Origin: Orbicella franksi
Taxonomy: Eukaryota
Reading direction: 5' to 3'
Assembly (NCBI GenBank): GCA_964199315.1
Contig: OZ116705.1
Span: forward strand, 30,442,001 to 30,506,000
Length of the DNA: 64,000 nucleotides
A model generated the notes under the pieces. That model searched no databases and had not been told where the DNA came from. It saw nothing but the letters and a program-made list of their open reading frames with translations. Positions within the stretch are counted from its first letter, which is position 1. Each line of letters starts with the position of its first letter. Positions 1-14,000 of the stretch are shown piece after piece. A program made the translations under genes and the position numbers.

Positions 1-290
1 ATATCAAACACGAAAGACAGTGTTTGACCACATTTCCAAACACCGAGAAGAGAATTGAAAATAAGACGCGCAGCGGAGTATTTTTGATGAGCTTCGAGGT
101 GTTTGGAAATGTAGCCAAACACTGTCTTGAGTGTTTTATGTATCTTCGCAATCGAAACTAAAACTGAGGAGAAAACGGAGAATTAAAATCGTAAAAATCT
201 CTGCTTATTAAGATCAGATATCCAAACACCGTCACGGTCATAATTTCCTTTGTTTAAACTTGACGAATTATTTATGAGTTTGAGAAAAAA
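1..290. mobile_element. Palindromic MITE-like repeat fragment, within an intron of the PDI gene
   Basis: Internal inverted repeat gacagtgtttgaccacatttccaaacacc ... ggtgtttggaaatgtagccaaacactgtc. Non-coding. Confidence 0.5.
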
Positions 291-609
291 ATTGATTACT
301 AAGCATTTGTTCCAGCCAAAATAAGTGGCCTGAAGAACGGCGTGGGTGTATAAACGGGTTGGTCATAAGGGAATCACTTGCCCACTTCCGAGTTGCCTTT
401 TGCCTCCATGAATTGTGCGAAACAATTCATATGAAAATATGTCCCCCTACAGGTTCAGTTTAATGCAAACTTATTCTCATATGATAGGTTTTACACGAAG
501 ACTCGTTTTGAAAGAGAGGCACAGGGTAACTTAGAAATAGCTTGTTGATAAAAAAAAAAAAAAAAAAACTTCATGATTTGTAGTTGCGACTTTGTTCTTA
601 TATTCACAG

Positions 610-1894
610 GTGTATCCATTGTCAAAAGCTCTCGCCAGTTTGGGACCAGTTGGCAAACAAATGCGCGGACAGGGCGTCTGGACCAAGAATTGCTAAGGTT
701 CGTGAGTTATTTCCAATATACTATTTTGCTGAAAAAAAATATGCGATGAACGATTTGGTAATGACTGCCAAAACCATAGTCCTAGACCAAAACCAAAGTA
801 ATCTCTTCTGACCAATCAGAGCAAATGTTAAAGGCGTGCTGGACCAATCAGAATTCGAAGCAAAACAAGCAACCAATGATAGACGCAGCCCGGAGGTGGG
901 GGGAACTCCTATATAAAAAGGCCGGGGATGCTGGTCGTGTCGCTTAGGGGTTTAAATCAAAGATTCTGGTCTCACTCAGGGTGTTGAGGACAAAACGACA
1001 CTATTTTTAGTTGTCAAAGTATCAGATATCCTATGCACTGCATAGCGATTTATCCGTTGGACAGCTTTATTTAGCCTCTGAACTACTGGGGCTTTTGTGA
1101 AAAGGCATCTTCAGAACTTATGTATCACAAGGCATGGCAGGGCAGGTTTTAAGTTGGCTTTGAGCCTTAACCTTCACATTGCATTAAAGTCTTGCTAGAG
1201 TGTCCAGTATCTCATGATAAAATTACAACATGGATTGCGCCACAAGCAGCAATTTAGAAGCGATAGATCAGTTTGATCAAGGGAGCTTATGTATCTTAGG
1301 CCTTGCTGCTTGTAGGATTTCTTATTTGTAAATTAGACCTTTTCTTGCTATCAGGTTGATTGCTCAGAAGAAGCTGAACTTTGTCAGAGTTTTGGGGTAA
1401 GTTGTTTCGAAATCAGTCTTTTTAGTTGGGAGTTGCACTACTCGGGAGTTGCACAAGAATAAACCGCTGACGTCAGCCCAAGAGTATGCGAAAGCTACAC
1501 TTAATGCTGGGTTAATTTCGCGATCGGAATCGTCGAGAAAATCGCTGCCTTGCGAAAATATTTCAAGGTGTTACGATATGTATAGAATTTGCTTCTTCTT
1601 AGTACCACGAAAAAGATGCTACCCAGTAATTTCGCTGAGAAGTTCATAAAACTGCAGAAATGAAAGTTCCTTCTAATCCCAGATTAATTTAGTAGTGCTT
1701 TCAACAACCAGCTGGTCATGGAAATTACCGTTTTTGCTTTGTGCTGACTTGTTCTCTTTCCCTGTGCTTTGCAGATCAGTGGTTACCCGACGCTTATTCT
1801 GTTTCGCAGAGGAACTCAGAAGCAGGAGTATCGCGGACCAAGAGATTTGGACAGTCTGTACAACTTTGCTGTCCAGCACCATGATGAGTTGTAG
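610..1894 (+). CDS. TXNDC5: ER protein disulfide isomerase, TXNDC5/ERp46-like (last three exons; 5' part lies outside the window)
   Basis: Exons 610-697, 1355-1396 and 1775-1894 with GT-AG sites and consistent phase. They splice to CIHCQKLSPVWDQLANKCADRASGPRIAK-VDCSEEAELCQSFG-ISGYPTLILFRRGTQKQEYRGPRDLDSLYNFAVQHHDEL*. This gives a thioredoxin fold (CxxC, AKVDC, GYPT cis-Pro loop) and an HDEL ER-retention signal. The symbol is the best PDI-family guess. Confidence 0.8.
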
Positions 1895-2552
1895 CTCCTA
1901 GGATGTAGCCAATAACCAAGCAGAATATAATTTATGTCTCTACCGTCGACCAATCAGATGCGTCGGTATATAGAGCGTGTACCCTGATCGGGGAAGATAT
2001 GCAGTACGCGAACCAGAAACTGTCGCAAAGAAAATAGTGAAGGAATAGTGGTAGTTATAGGAAGTGGTCGCGTTTCGTGGAAATGCCTTCGTCAGGCACA
2101 AAACTTTGCTATAGTAATGCATTGTTTAGAAACATTTGTACAGGAAAAAATTCTCTTTCAATCATTGTACTTACATCGAGATGAACTAAGTCGTGCAATC
2201 TGATTGTTAAGACGTGTTCCACGAGCAGTGAAAAACAAGGTGTCAGTAATGACTCGGGGATGAAGATAGAAGAACGCATAGGAAAACACTTTCGCCAAAA
2301 ATTAAGTTTATTCTGGAAACGTAAATTTACATTCTCTAAGTTCTCCTAAGTCTTCACTACACCTTTTTCAGAGTGTTTTAACAGGTTAACAGTTACCATG
2401 ATACAGCAGCTTTCCATCATTGCGACTTGACACAACTTGACACGTGACCCGAAACAAGCTGACCGCACGACTAAACAAGGCGGGCTCAAACAAAGGTATT
2501 GGTTTCTCAAGAAACTTTCGGGTTGCGACAGCGGGAACTGATGAAACACTTA

Positions 2553-2860
2553 GGCGGCGTCCACACTGCGCCTTAGAAATTTGAAAACGCAGCTTTACTT
2601 CTACGGTGAGGTCTACCGTCCACACTAATCCGTCACGAAAACGGAGCTTTTCGAAAACGCTCTTCAAACCGGAGGATATTGAAAACGCCGGCTTTTCGTT
2701 TTCGTGTTGACGGAAAACATGTTGACAACAGAGCTTTTTGAAAACGATGGTGTCACGATTATAATTTATTTTCCCTGCCCGACTTCTCCTCAAACGCAAA
2801 TCCAAAATGATGGGCGATTGTTGCGTTTTTAAATTCCTCCGGCGTGTTGTGGACGGGCCC
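2553..2860. mobile_element. MITE with GGCxxCGTCCACAC-type TIRs (PIF/Harbinger-like)
   Basis: Ends ggcggcgtccacact ... gttgtggacgggccc, flanked by TA/TTA. A related copy lies at 58405-58752. Confidence 0.55.
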
Positions 2861-4134
2861 TTAAATATGTATCAATTTGAAGTTGACAAGGTAAATTAAC
2901 TACGGTGGCCAGGTTACCTTGATTATAAATATCTAGGGACTTAAATAAATCTACATGTGTTTTTAATCGGTGAAGACTGGATGCTGATTGCTCAATGTTG
3001 AATTAGAGCTTCGCCAGAATTAGCGTCAAAATATCTTTGACGTTTTTATGTTATCGATGATTTATGTTTTTCATTCACTGTCCTCTTTCATTTCCGACTA
3101 CTGCCGAGCGCGCGGTTCCGTATTAGCGAACCATACTGAGTAAGAAGTCTCATGATACGAAACAGTGCTCGGCAGTAGTCGGAAGCTGGGAGGAGCCGCC
3201 GAACACTTGATTGACGGTAGCGAAAAACGCATTTTTCGGTTGAGCTTTGAATTCTAGAGTCCGCATGTTATTGAAAGGCGCAGAAATGGTTTTACTTTGG
3301 CGGGAATAACTGAGTATTCTTCGTCACTTAACAACACTTTCTCGCAAAATGTCAAAGTGGCGATACAACTTCCCCGCGAGCAAACAGTCAACGATGAACA
3401 AACCACTGATTTCCTGTAATGACGATTTAACCAAAAGAAAGTTAAATAACGAAACAGATAAACTTCAGTGTTCGCTGAAGACTATACAATGCAAACCTTA
3501 CAGTTGTTTCAGAACTGAGTTAATTGAAACGAGAGGGATGCTAAGGAAAATACCTTACATTTAAAATCCATCAAATATTTCGCTAACACGCGATTGGTCT
3601 AAACGCGTCATGTGACTGAGTATGCTCCAGTTAAAACTGGGAAATATCCGAGTGATATTCCTCAGTTTTCAAAGTCCGCGTGTTGCGTGAATATTTGAAG
3701 CATAATAAACACAATAGCCTCCATTTGACTTTCAAAATACGCTGAAATATTTGCCCGTGGACATTATCTGTTCCTCGAAGCTCACAGTTTTCATCAGATT
3801 ATGTCCACAGACAAATATCCGAGCATATTTTCGCAGCAAATGAAGGCTATTGTTTATATAAATATGAAAGAGAGTACATCGTAAATAGGTTATCTTGAAC
3901 TGTTAAAATAAACTCTTAAATTGAAGTCTCAGGCTTTCATATAATCATAATGCTATTAATAAATAAGACCTTCTTACACTTACTGTACAAATCAAAATAT
4001 ACCATACAATCAATAATATTCGAAAAAGTGGTATCCTTTTGTATGGAAAGACTACCTTAAATCTTTCATCTTAGGGTATAACCATAAGCGGTTATACGCA
4101 ACGTCATGACTGAAGACTGTATGAAATCCTAACA

Positions 4135-4560
4135 CCCTGTTGTAAGACCATTCAAATGAAAGCTATTGAGCAGTACTATCATGTGGTACTGTTTACTATA
4201 TTGAACAAGGTGTAGCCTGCGAGCAGGCTCACGTTGGAGCACAAGCGCGCGCGGCGTAGCGGCAAGCGCGAAATTGAGCGGCGCCTCTTCAATAGACTCC
4301 TTCCCGCCGGATCGCTTTGCTCTTCACCGTTCGCGCGTGTGACTCAAAGGTGAGCCTGCTCGCAGGCTGTACAAGGTGGTTCTAACTTTTTAAGTCTGTG
4401 GATGAAACCTGTGTGTGACCATTCAAATGAAAGCTTCTGAGCAGTACTTTAGTGTGGTGCTGTATTTTATGCTGTACAAGTTGGTCCTAATTTTTAAGCC
4501 TGTTGATGAAACCCTAGTGTGTGACCATTCAAATGAAAACTACTGGGCAGCACTTTCATA
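4135..4560 (+). repeat. ~106-bp degenerate tandem repeat (tgaccattcaaatgaaagctattgagcagtactttcatgtgg...) interrupted by a MITE
   Basis: The same unit recurs at 23065-23540, 48620-48930 and partially at 49130-49180. Confidence 0.8.
4213..4369. mobile_element. Short MITE with TAGCCTGCGAGCAGGCT TIRs
   Basis: tagcctgcgagcaggctcac ... gtgagcctgctcgcaggctg; GC-rich interior; sits inside a 106-bp repeat unit. Confidence 0.65.
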
Positions 4561-5080
4561 AGCTACATAACAATTTGCACTTGTGAAATTCTGAATTTGA
4601 TTTTTGGCACTATTCGAAAGTAGAGACAAATGAACTGAAACTAACCAACACCTAATGAATATTACCGTTTGGAAGAAACAAGCATGCAGGTGTGATAAAA
4701 AGCTATCAGGGACATTTAACAGCGTGACTGAAGAGTCTCGTGGTTCGATTCCTGTCACGCGACTTAAAATATTTTACACTGTAAAAAATCAGCTCTTTTC
4801 GAAAAGAATAGTAATTTATTACTCTTGCCTTGTTTTCCTAACCTTGGTGCAGGTGCTGTCATCTCATCACGCTAATAACGGTGAAATCCCGAGTATTATT
4901 AAGCCTGGATTTTTCCAACCAATTTCCGGTCCTCTACCAGTCACGCAACACCTCGAAGAAACTGTGACATGGCTTCCAGGATGCCAGGTCACACTTAAGA
5001 GCGTGACGTTTCTAATAAAAGAGATGACTAAAAAATTGTGTATTGCTACTAATTGTCGGTGTTTAAGCGACCCACGTTCT

Positions 5081-8000
5081 CTATCTCGAGGTGTTCGGTT
5101 GTTCTTGGCTGGCTTTTCGTTCCTCTAGTCTTGCAAGTGCCGCATGGACACGGAAACTTAGCCTGTTCTCAAAGTCATACCCGCTAAAGGTATCCTGTTG
5201 TAAAAAAGGACAGATCGGAAGAAAAAAAAAAAACATTAAAATTAGATTGGTTATTGAATAAACTAGCCTGAAATGTCGGTCATCTCCCGCCCCGGGTTTC
5301 TCCTACCCGGGGGTAATGCTGAGGGCGCGAGAAAACTGACATTTCAGACTACATTGCTTGCAAAAAAATTTCGGACGTTTAATTTTCGAACTCTTTTTAT
5401 CTCATTTCGGACAAATTTCGGACGCTTCACTGAAACATAGCTGAAGTACATTTAAGTCACCAAACACGATTTAGACTGAAATAAAATCTGCGAAAATGAT
5501 AGTTATACTGCATCCTCAAGGTTTTACAGATGCACCGACGAGAAAAGAAGACGAATTTTATCAAGCCGTTACGTATCTCATGTGTTCTCTCAACTAGGGT
5601 TCGCTCCGTAAAGGAAACTAAGAGTTTTGGAGCTGCTTCAGAGTTAAATTCTGTATTGTAAATATTTCGGACACTTAAAAATTTCTTTACGCAAAGGTTG
5701 ACTTGTGGCAAGTCTAGGGTGGACTGACTGTCCCGTGGATAATAGACTGCTGGCAGTCTGTTTATCTCTCGAAATTCAGCAGAGGTTATGAGGAATGACG
5801 CTTTAGCGTAAAGGGGAATGGGACGAGACATGGGCGCCTTCTTCCCCACTCGGCAACCGCCATACTGCCCTTTTGCGTTTGCAATGACTAAACACTCGTC
5901 TAAGTGACCCTAAGAGAAAAAAACTGGCCGCCAGAAGACTACGTGGATAATGACATTAAGTGTAAAGTATGCACGAAAAAGAGTTCTACTTACCTTGACT
6001 CTTTTTAGTAGTTCTTCCCCTTTCGCGCTCATCTGAAAGTTCAAAACGTGTTTTTCTATGAGCATGGTTTCATTTGAGGATATGTAATAGCTTAAAATTC
6101 AAAAGCACTTTGCTTACCTTTTCATCCTGTGCATAAAGAACACCAAGTTCATAAGTAGCGAACGGAGGCACGTGAGGGTCTGGGGGACTGCGACCAGATT
6201 TGACCGCGGCATCCTGGAAATGCTGCCAATCAAACAAACACAATCGCACTTAAATGGCTTTTTTCGAACCACGTTGGTTTATACAGCCGCTGTCAGCCAC
6301 ACAGCTGCCGCTCAACTAGAGAGCAAGTTTGAACGGTCTTAAAATTTCGCTTCAATTTTCAGTCGTAACATTAAAAAAACGTACATCTATCATTCTAAGT
6401 TGCACCTACCTTGACAGCCATGTCAGTTTTCTTGAGGACTCGACAAGCTGACCCTTGAATAAGACACTTGAGAGGAATCAGATTCAAACTGACTTCACTG
6501 GCCTCTAGCGCTACAGAAAAAATAAAACAAATTAAGCAAATTTCACGTTGTTTCGTGTACTTGGAGTTGACAGGCGCTTCCTTTCGCGCGCTTAACCAGA
6601 AACATTCCATTCAGGTGACGTAGCTCTTTCGTGATCCGCCTCTGATTGGCTCTCGAATTTTCGCGCGTAAATAGCAACCAATCAAACTGTGAAGCTACGT
6701 TATCACTATTGTACGCGAAGGAGACAAGGGGTGCTTACCATTTACAAAAACCATCCGGTTGGAAATTTCAGGCATAAACATTAAACAATTAAATTGAACA
6801 TTGCGGGAGAGGGAATCGCTATAAAGTATATCCACATCAGCTAGAGAGACTTATAAGAGCAGAAAAATAGCATCAACCCAAATCACAGCCGATATTTTCT
6901 GAAGCTTCCCAAACGGAATGGCGCGAACCATTTTATTTTCCAACTGGAATTTCCGGTTTTCCCATGTAAATGGTAAGTACCCAAGTTCTCATGAAACTAA
7001 AATGTAAGTGGAAAATTCACCGTCATGGTTCGCGTGTTTTAAATCCACAACAACCCAGAATTTGGTCACTTCACGCTGTTTTGCAGAGCGATTTTAAAAG
7101 GTACCGATATGTATCTCGTGCTCATGCGGAGGCATTTTGCTGCCAACCAAAACCTAAAATTAGCGATATTTCACATCGCCGTAACAGTCTCCCTGAGCTT
7201 CCTAGCAAGTTTGAAGCCATTTCAATGCGTAGCATTTCTGCTGAGACACCGAATACGTGACGAAACTCAACTTGCGTCACGTAACACTGAGTGACCACAG
7301 GATATAGTGGGCTGAACAAAGGAAAGACTTACCAGAAAGAATCCTATTTAAGACAGTTTCGCTGCACGTGTAGAGCGCTCTCCAGACATACAGGAGCTCT
7401 AATGCAAGTAACAGACAGTCAGCTTCTGACGGAGGAGATTTCTTGTACATAGCAGCCTAAGAATAAAACACAAAAAACACTATGAGGAGCTTTTACAATG
7501 ACGTGATTAGATCATTAACCTCAGAATCTCGGTTAATAACTTACACAACTCGCTTAATTTTTTTTCAGTCTATGACGTGTTACAAATCAAGGCTTGGCAA
7601 CCAGCCCAACACATCTTTACCAACACCCAATCAAAATGACGACGTCATTCACACAGCCAATCAGATGTCACAGCTGCCAGTGTACCTTTCCCTGCCACTC
7701 GATTCACGTGACTTTTCCCGCGCTTTTCCAAAGTTTTGATTTGTCTGTTACGCCGTCACCTCCGGTGTGATTGGCTGTGATTCCTTTCGTTTGCAACAGT
7801 AATCATGAAAAAACCGCACCAACTGAAAAACAGCATGTTTATTTATTGCAGAAAGCTCACCTTCCTAACAATAAACTGCTCCAGAGGCGTTTTCTTCTTG
7901 ACAAATTTAGGGACTGATTTAAATTGCGCTTGAGCCTCTGTTGTGCTTCCTAAAATTCCTATAGTGACTGGACAAGAAGACAGCAACAATAATCTGTATC

Positions 8001-11000
8001 AGCAATTGAAGTAAATGGTGCAAAATTCAAGAGTAAACGAGGGCTGTCCAATTTACCAATTACCAATCAATCACATCAATAACACGACGCGAAGTCAGCA
8101 AAGAGGGCGGTAAAATACTCCATCAGAAACATGTTATTGACACGCACGTGGCTTGGGTGTCCAATTACAGCAAACCTAACTGAAAAGCTGTCACGGGACA
8201 GCGATGTGATTGCGCTACGTTACTGTCTGATACCACTGAAATACCAATCATTGGTCCGTTCTCCTTTTAAAGATCAGCTATGGACTGGATCGCTCCGGTC
8301 AGAGAGAATCCATTCCCATCTCTCATGAGGTTGAATTGTCTGTCCGCGAAAGAGAACTCGAGAAGGGGCTTTCTGTTACAAAGTATGAATCAAGGTAAGT
8401 GGGGAAGACAGTCAGAGTAAAAAGGGGTTGGAGCGAAATAAGACCCTGGCCGAGTTATGCGATGGAGGGAGCCATGGATTCATAGAGAAGTGAGCGAAGA
8501 AAACAAGAGAGTTATTAGGGAAATGATGGGGCAAAGAAAGAATTGGTATAAAGTAATATGGCTTGGATAAATAGGGTCTAAAAAGACTATATGGCACAGT
8601 CAAAACACCGCTCGGTCTTTAGGTACCTCCGTTTGAGTGTTACATGTTTTCGCGTATAACGCTTTATCTTACCTCCACAGAGATAAGCATAATAACTTTG
8701 CGACCACTTGGATTCTTCTTTGAGCCTGAAAATAGCAAAAGGAATGGTGTAAATAACGAGTTAAGGCACTCAAAATAGATTGGGCGAGTATAGACATTTA
8801 AGAAACTATTTATGTTTTCTACTTTCGTCCACACGTATAAGGAGAAAAACAGAAGGAGTAAAAGTTTATAATTGCTTGAGATAGATCTTTGTCCTCTCCG
8901 TGTGTATGAAAGAAAGCAAAGCTTTTCAAAAACATAATATCGAAACATACCTTAGAAATGCTGGCAGAGCGTATTCCCACTCAAGTCTTAACATATGACA
9001 CCAACCTAAAAGACCAAATACTGTATGAGACTACATAAGACAACTTTCTCTATCTGTCATCACCGATCCTTGTAATCGCTGTAAAGCATCAGAACACATG
9101 GAACCAGCGGAAAGCGCGAGAAGAGTGGCAAAGCGCGGGAAGACTTACAAAGCGCGGGAAAAGTGACAAAACACGGGAAAAGTGACAAAGCGCGGGAAGA
9201 GTGACGAAGCGCGGGAGAAGTGATAAAGTGCGGGAAAAGTGACAAAGGGCAGGAAGAGTGACAAAGTGCGGAAAAAGTGAGAAAGTGCGGGAAAATTTCC
9301 AAAGCGTGGGAAAATTGTCAAACCGCAGGAAGAGTGACAAAGCGTGCGAAAAGTGACATAGCGCGGAAAAATTGACAAAGCGAAGGAAATATGACAAAAT
9401 GCCGGAAAAGCGACAAAAGGCGTGATTCAGGTGACAAACGCAACTGAGGTCACAATCAATCTTGTGTTTGCAAACGGTTGGTTGAAAAGACGAGAACTTT
9501 ATTCTAATTGGTCAGAGCACACTATACGTAGTGTTGAACCAATCATAAGTTCAGCAAAACATCTCAAATGCTTTACAGTTCCCAAAATTGTTTGCAAAAA
9601 AGCACAGACAAAAAAATGAAACTAAAAAATACTTCCAACCACCACTCACCTATTTCATATTGACAAATAAGAGCTATTTCCTGTTGTTCAGCTGCAGAGC
9701 GCATGGCTTGGTGAAATTCATCCAAAGCCTCTCCAATATGACCCTGAATAATAAAACAGAGTATTGAACCATTCTTATTACTAGACCAACCAAAATGAGA
9801 CTCTGGGCCACAAAATTCCTTTCATGATCTCAAAGACCCTTATGCACTCACACAAACCTGTTGATCAATATCTTTCTCTTTATCAGTTTTTGTTAGAATA
9901 CTTTTTATAGAGATACCAAAACCACAAAAATCCTGTTGGCCACATAGGCACTTAAACAGCCAGATGAAGTTAACTCAAGTACGCTTGCAACTATGAATCT
10001 TCTTTTCATTAATGGTCACATATCGTTTCTTTTGAGTAACATGCAGATTGCTCTGTTAACTTAAACTACCTACCTTGAGTCTCGATACAAGCCCTCTGAA
10101 GAAGAGAAATACGGCAGAGTTTGGGTATTCTTGGTAAGATTCTTCCAGGATAGCAGTTGCATTGGCCAGACCTGTGAGCCAGTTGAAAACACATTGATTG
10201 TTTTAAAGAAAATAAGATCCAAACAGCAACAATTTATTATCTGAATCCACTCAAGAGATCATACGTAACCCTCAGTATTATATGGTTAAGAAAACTACTT
10301 CATTGTGATTGGCTGACAGCAGGCCAATTTATCATTAATTTTTAATTTGCACTGCAGTGCAAATGAACACACTCACATTTGTAATTTTCTCAAACATGTT
10401 ATAAACAAGTAATCACATGAAAGCTTGGTTAATTAAGGATCTACATGTACACTAAAGCGTAATATTTGAAAATTCCTTGAAAGTGCACTCTCCTTAAAAC
10501 TCATTAACTTTTGAAACACATTCATTCATATGGTTACCTACAGGTATTTTATTCCAGATGGCAAAACAGTTTAACAAGTTAGTCGTAGTCCTTTTACAAA
10601 TACAGATATGAGACGGCATATTTAAGAACAAGACATACCTTCCTCGTTGCTGCCCTCATCAAGAGCAACAAAGGGTCGAATAACAGCATGATACCAGAGC
10701 AAGGTGAGCCTGAAATTAAACAAATGTCCATGAAACTTGTAACATGGTAAACAAAAGTCTAAGTTCAAGCCCAGTGGCCTGCCAGGCTTGTGCTTACCTC
10801 TGGGTTTTGTAGCATGAAGCAACTAGAAGTATTTCCACTCCCCCCTGGATGGGATGGTAGTCTCGTTACCCTCAGCGTTACATTTGGCGCTACCTATTTA
10901 TACATACATGAACACCTTGGAGGAGAGAGGCACTGTGAGAATAAAGTGTCTTGCCCAAGAACACAATGCAATGACCCTGGCCAGGGCTCGAACCTGGATC

Positions 11001-14000
11001 CAGAGTCCAGAACACTAACCATTAGGCCGTCACGCCTACCACCGCAAAATCTTGTAACATATGCTAACTTAATTTCATGTCGGCTGAAAACAGTACTAAC
11101 AGTTGTATCTCTTTTACACATTCTGTGTATGTCTAAATCACCCTAGGAAGTAAAATTCCACCCAAAATACATGTAGCTATATGGAGCAAAGATAACTGTA
11201 AGTTCAATAAGATCTTTCATCGGCATCACTTAAAGTCAAACCAACCTTGCCACAGGTGCTTTCATGTCTTCACTCTGACTAGCTAAGTTCAATGCCTGAA
11301 TTCCAACATCTCTGTTTCCCGAGAAACCAAGAAGATGGCAGAATTTTAGCAGCTTCGGTGGCACTAGTGAGATAGCCAAATGAAACAGACCATAGCCGCA
11401 TGATACAGCAGACTGAAGGTGCTTCAGTGCCTCAGGGCTGACTACCCCAGGTGAAAGTTTGCTGTCTGTCTCCTCATGAATGGTAAGACCATCTAGTGGG
11501 GATACCACATCCTCTGGGTCCAGGGGTGAGACAACGCCTGTTCCTTCAGACTGCAAGTAGAGGACAAAACAAAGAGAAGTGGAAGTTGTAGCCAGAGACG
11601 GACCCAAGTGTTTGAAGAATGTACCAGCCTTTAGATATTAATAATTACAAAATACCTCATCAAGCGCTTCCTCAACATCATCCGGACCAGACTCCAAAGT
11701 TCCATTCTTGTCACATCGCAATTCAGGGGCCCATTCTAAGAATGGTCCACCGATGGCACTTATTTCACAGTAACATTTGTCATACAGTTTCCATGCCCTT
11801 CGCATCAGATATCCACCTTTGATGTAATCTGTGATGCCTGCAATTAAGTAGCGAGTTACTTATCACTTCAGCAATGAGTTAATTATTGACTAAATGGTAG
11901 GGCTGAATGGTAGGGCTGACTGAATGTAGTTCCAGAAAATATCCATACCTCCCCCACCCCTCTGAAAATTCTGATTGAGCTTCATACATTTCTTTAAATT
12001 TCTTGGTCTTACAGAACCCCCACCCCCCCAGGAAATTCCAATCCCTTCTGTGGGGGGAGTATGGATATTTTCTGGAACTGAACATTTCATGAAAAAAAAT
12101 ACCTAACATGATACTATCACTTGAAATCTGGTAACCAGGCTGGCTCAGTTAACAGGACAAATTAGGGAATACTGTATGTGAGATTTCAGCCTGGTCAACT
12201 GGGAGGAAATTCAAGAAACAAAGCCAAAATGTTGCCTCTTAAACTTGTATCATTCACGACTATCATAGCTTTGTAACTCTTGTAACCTAACTAAGAAAGG
12301 TAATTCACATACTTCTGGAGTGGAAAGACAAAAATTATGCCATTCTGACCACTACATGTTTCAAAAGCGAAGCTATTTTGTCAAAAACATTTTGTCTCAG
12401 TCACCCAGGCTTGAGTGTTCATATAGGAAAGTTTTCATCCGGGTTACAGAGATCTCTGTTGCACAAACCAAGATCTCGGTGACTGGGCCAACTCAGCTTC
12501 TCATATGAACACATTGAAATTTTTACAAAGGAAAGAGAGGCAAGGTGACTTCTGGAAAACTGAGCCAGCCCGGTTTACCTAGCTCATATGAAGAGGCCCT
12601 TAGCAGCACACACTAATTGTACCTTGTTTGAGGAATGTCAGAAGAGCCATGTAAAGCTCACAGTCAGCATACAAAATCTGCCTCATCAGCATCTCGTCCA
12701 GCCCCAGCGCTGCACCCTTCCGAGCATTTTCCACATAGCAAACTCTCTGTGCTCTCTTGAGGTTTTCAAGAGCTCTGTCCAGCTGGTCATCTTCAAATGT
12801 AAGAATGGCTTGCTGGTGGACAAAAAATGTTGTAGGGACATAAATTATTTATTACATTAAAATACTCATGGAGTAATGCAATATTTACATGAAGAAATAG
12901 GTCTTCTGAAAAGGCAGTTAGAGCTCTGTGCACCTGGACCTCTAGTAAGGCAGCACTGTAAGCTTGAGGATTGATTATGTATTCTGTATATTAATACAGC
13001 TATGTAGAGATAACAAGTTGGAGCCGGGGGTTTCATTAAGGGCTGCACACTAAGCAAATTGACCAGCTGCGAGGGTGATTTGGTCTGCCTGGTTTGATCA
13101 TGACCATCTTGAGGAAAGTTTTTCTTATTTATAAAGAAGTTCAGTTCAGAAACTTTTGCCTTCCTGTGAAAACCACTTGCCCTCCTGGTGAAAACATTAA
13201 TGAAATCCCTGCTTGGAGTGAATTGCAGTCTCACTTACCACAAAGTCAACCATTCCAGATCCAGCACTCATAAGTGGAGAGCCATCACTAACAACAGCAA
13301 AAAAACAACATTTATTTCATATTATACTGGATTAAAAACAATTCTAGAAACAGAATCCATGGTAAAAACAATGAAAAAAAGGTTGATGTTTGTTGAACAT
13401 TCAACATTTCTTCTGAAAGATATTAAATGATATTTATCATTGTGACACTTTCTCTAAAACAACAGCCAAACCTCCCAAACAACTAACTCTTGCGTGCAAC
13501 CAAAGCCTTGAAACTCTTCAATTTCCTTAGTTGTAACTAAATTACCAAATAATTGTACAAATTGTTTTTAATGTAAACTATAGCCAGGGACAATTATGAA
13601 GGATTGTTGAGTATGAAAACTTCACGTCATTTCACTGTTAACATACTGTAGGAATGATAAGCCATATGGTTCTCATCCTGACAGACTTAAAAAAATTACC
13701 ATAAAATTCAGGAAAAAAATGAAATTTACCAAAAGGTCACTTCAGACATGATTTCTTACGAGGACATTTTTAACAATTCTTTTAGCAAGAGTTTTACAAT
13801 AGTTTATTTCTTCAATAAAATTAATAAAAATGTTTGTATTAGTGACAAAAGAATTTAAATGACAAAAATACCAACTATGGTTTTGTAAATGAAAATCAAT
13901 CTAGTTGACATTATTATGTTAAACAAAGCAAACATCAGCTAATTTTAGTGATTAAGGGCAAATAAGGGACCTGAAAGGTCTTTCAAAACCTGTTGACCGT

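Noticed and set aside
9060-9397. Three overlapping Phe/Leu/Arg-rich ORFs
   Set aside because: Artefacts of the minisatellite.
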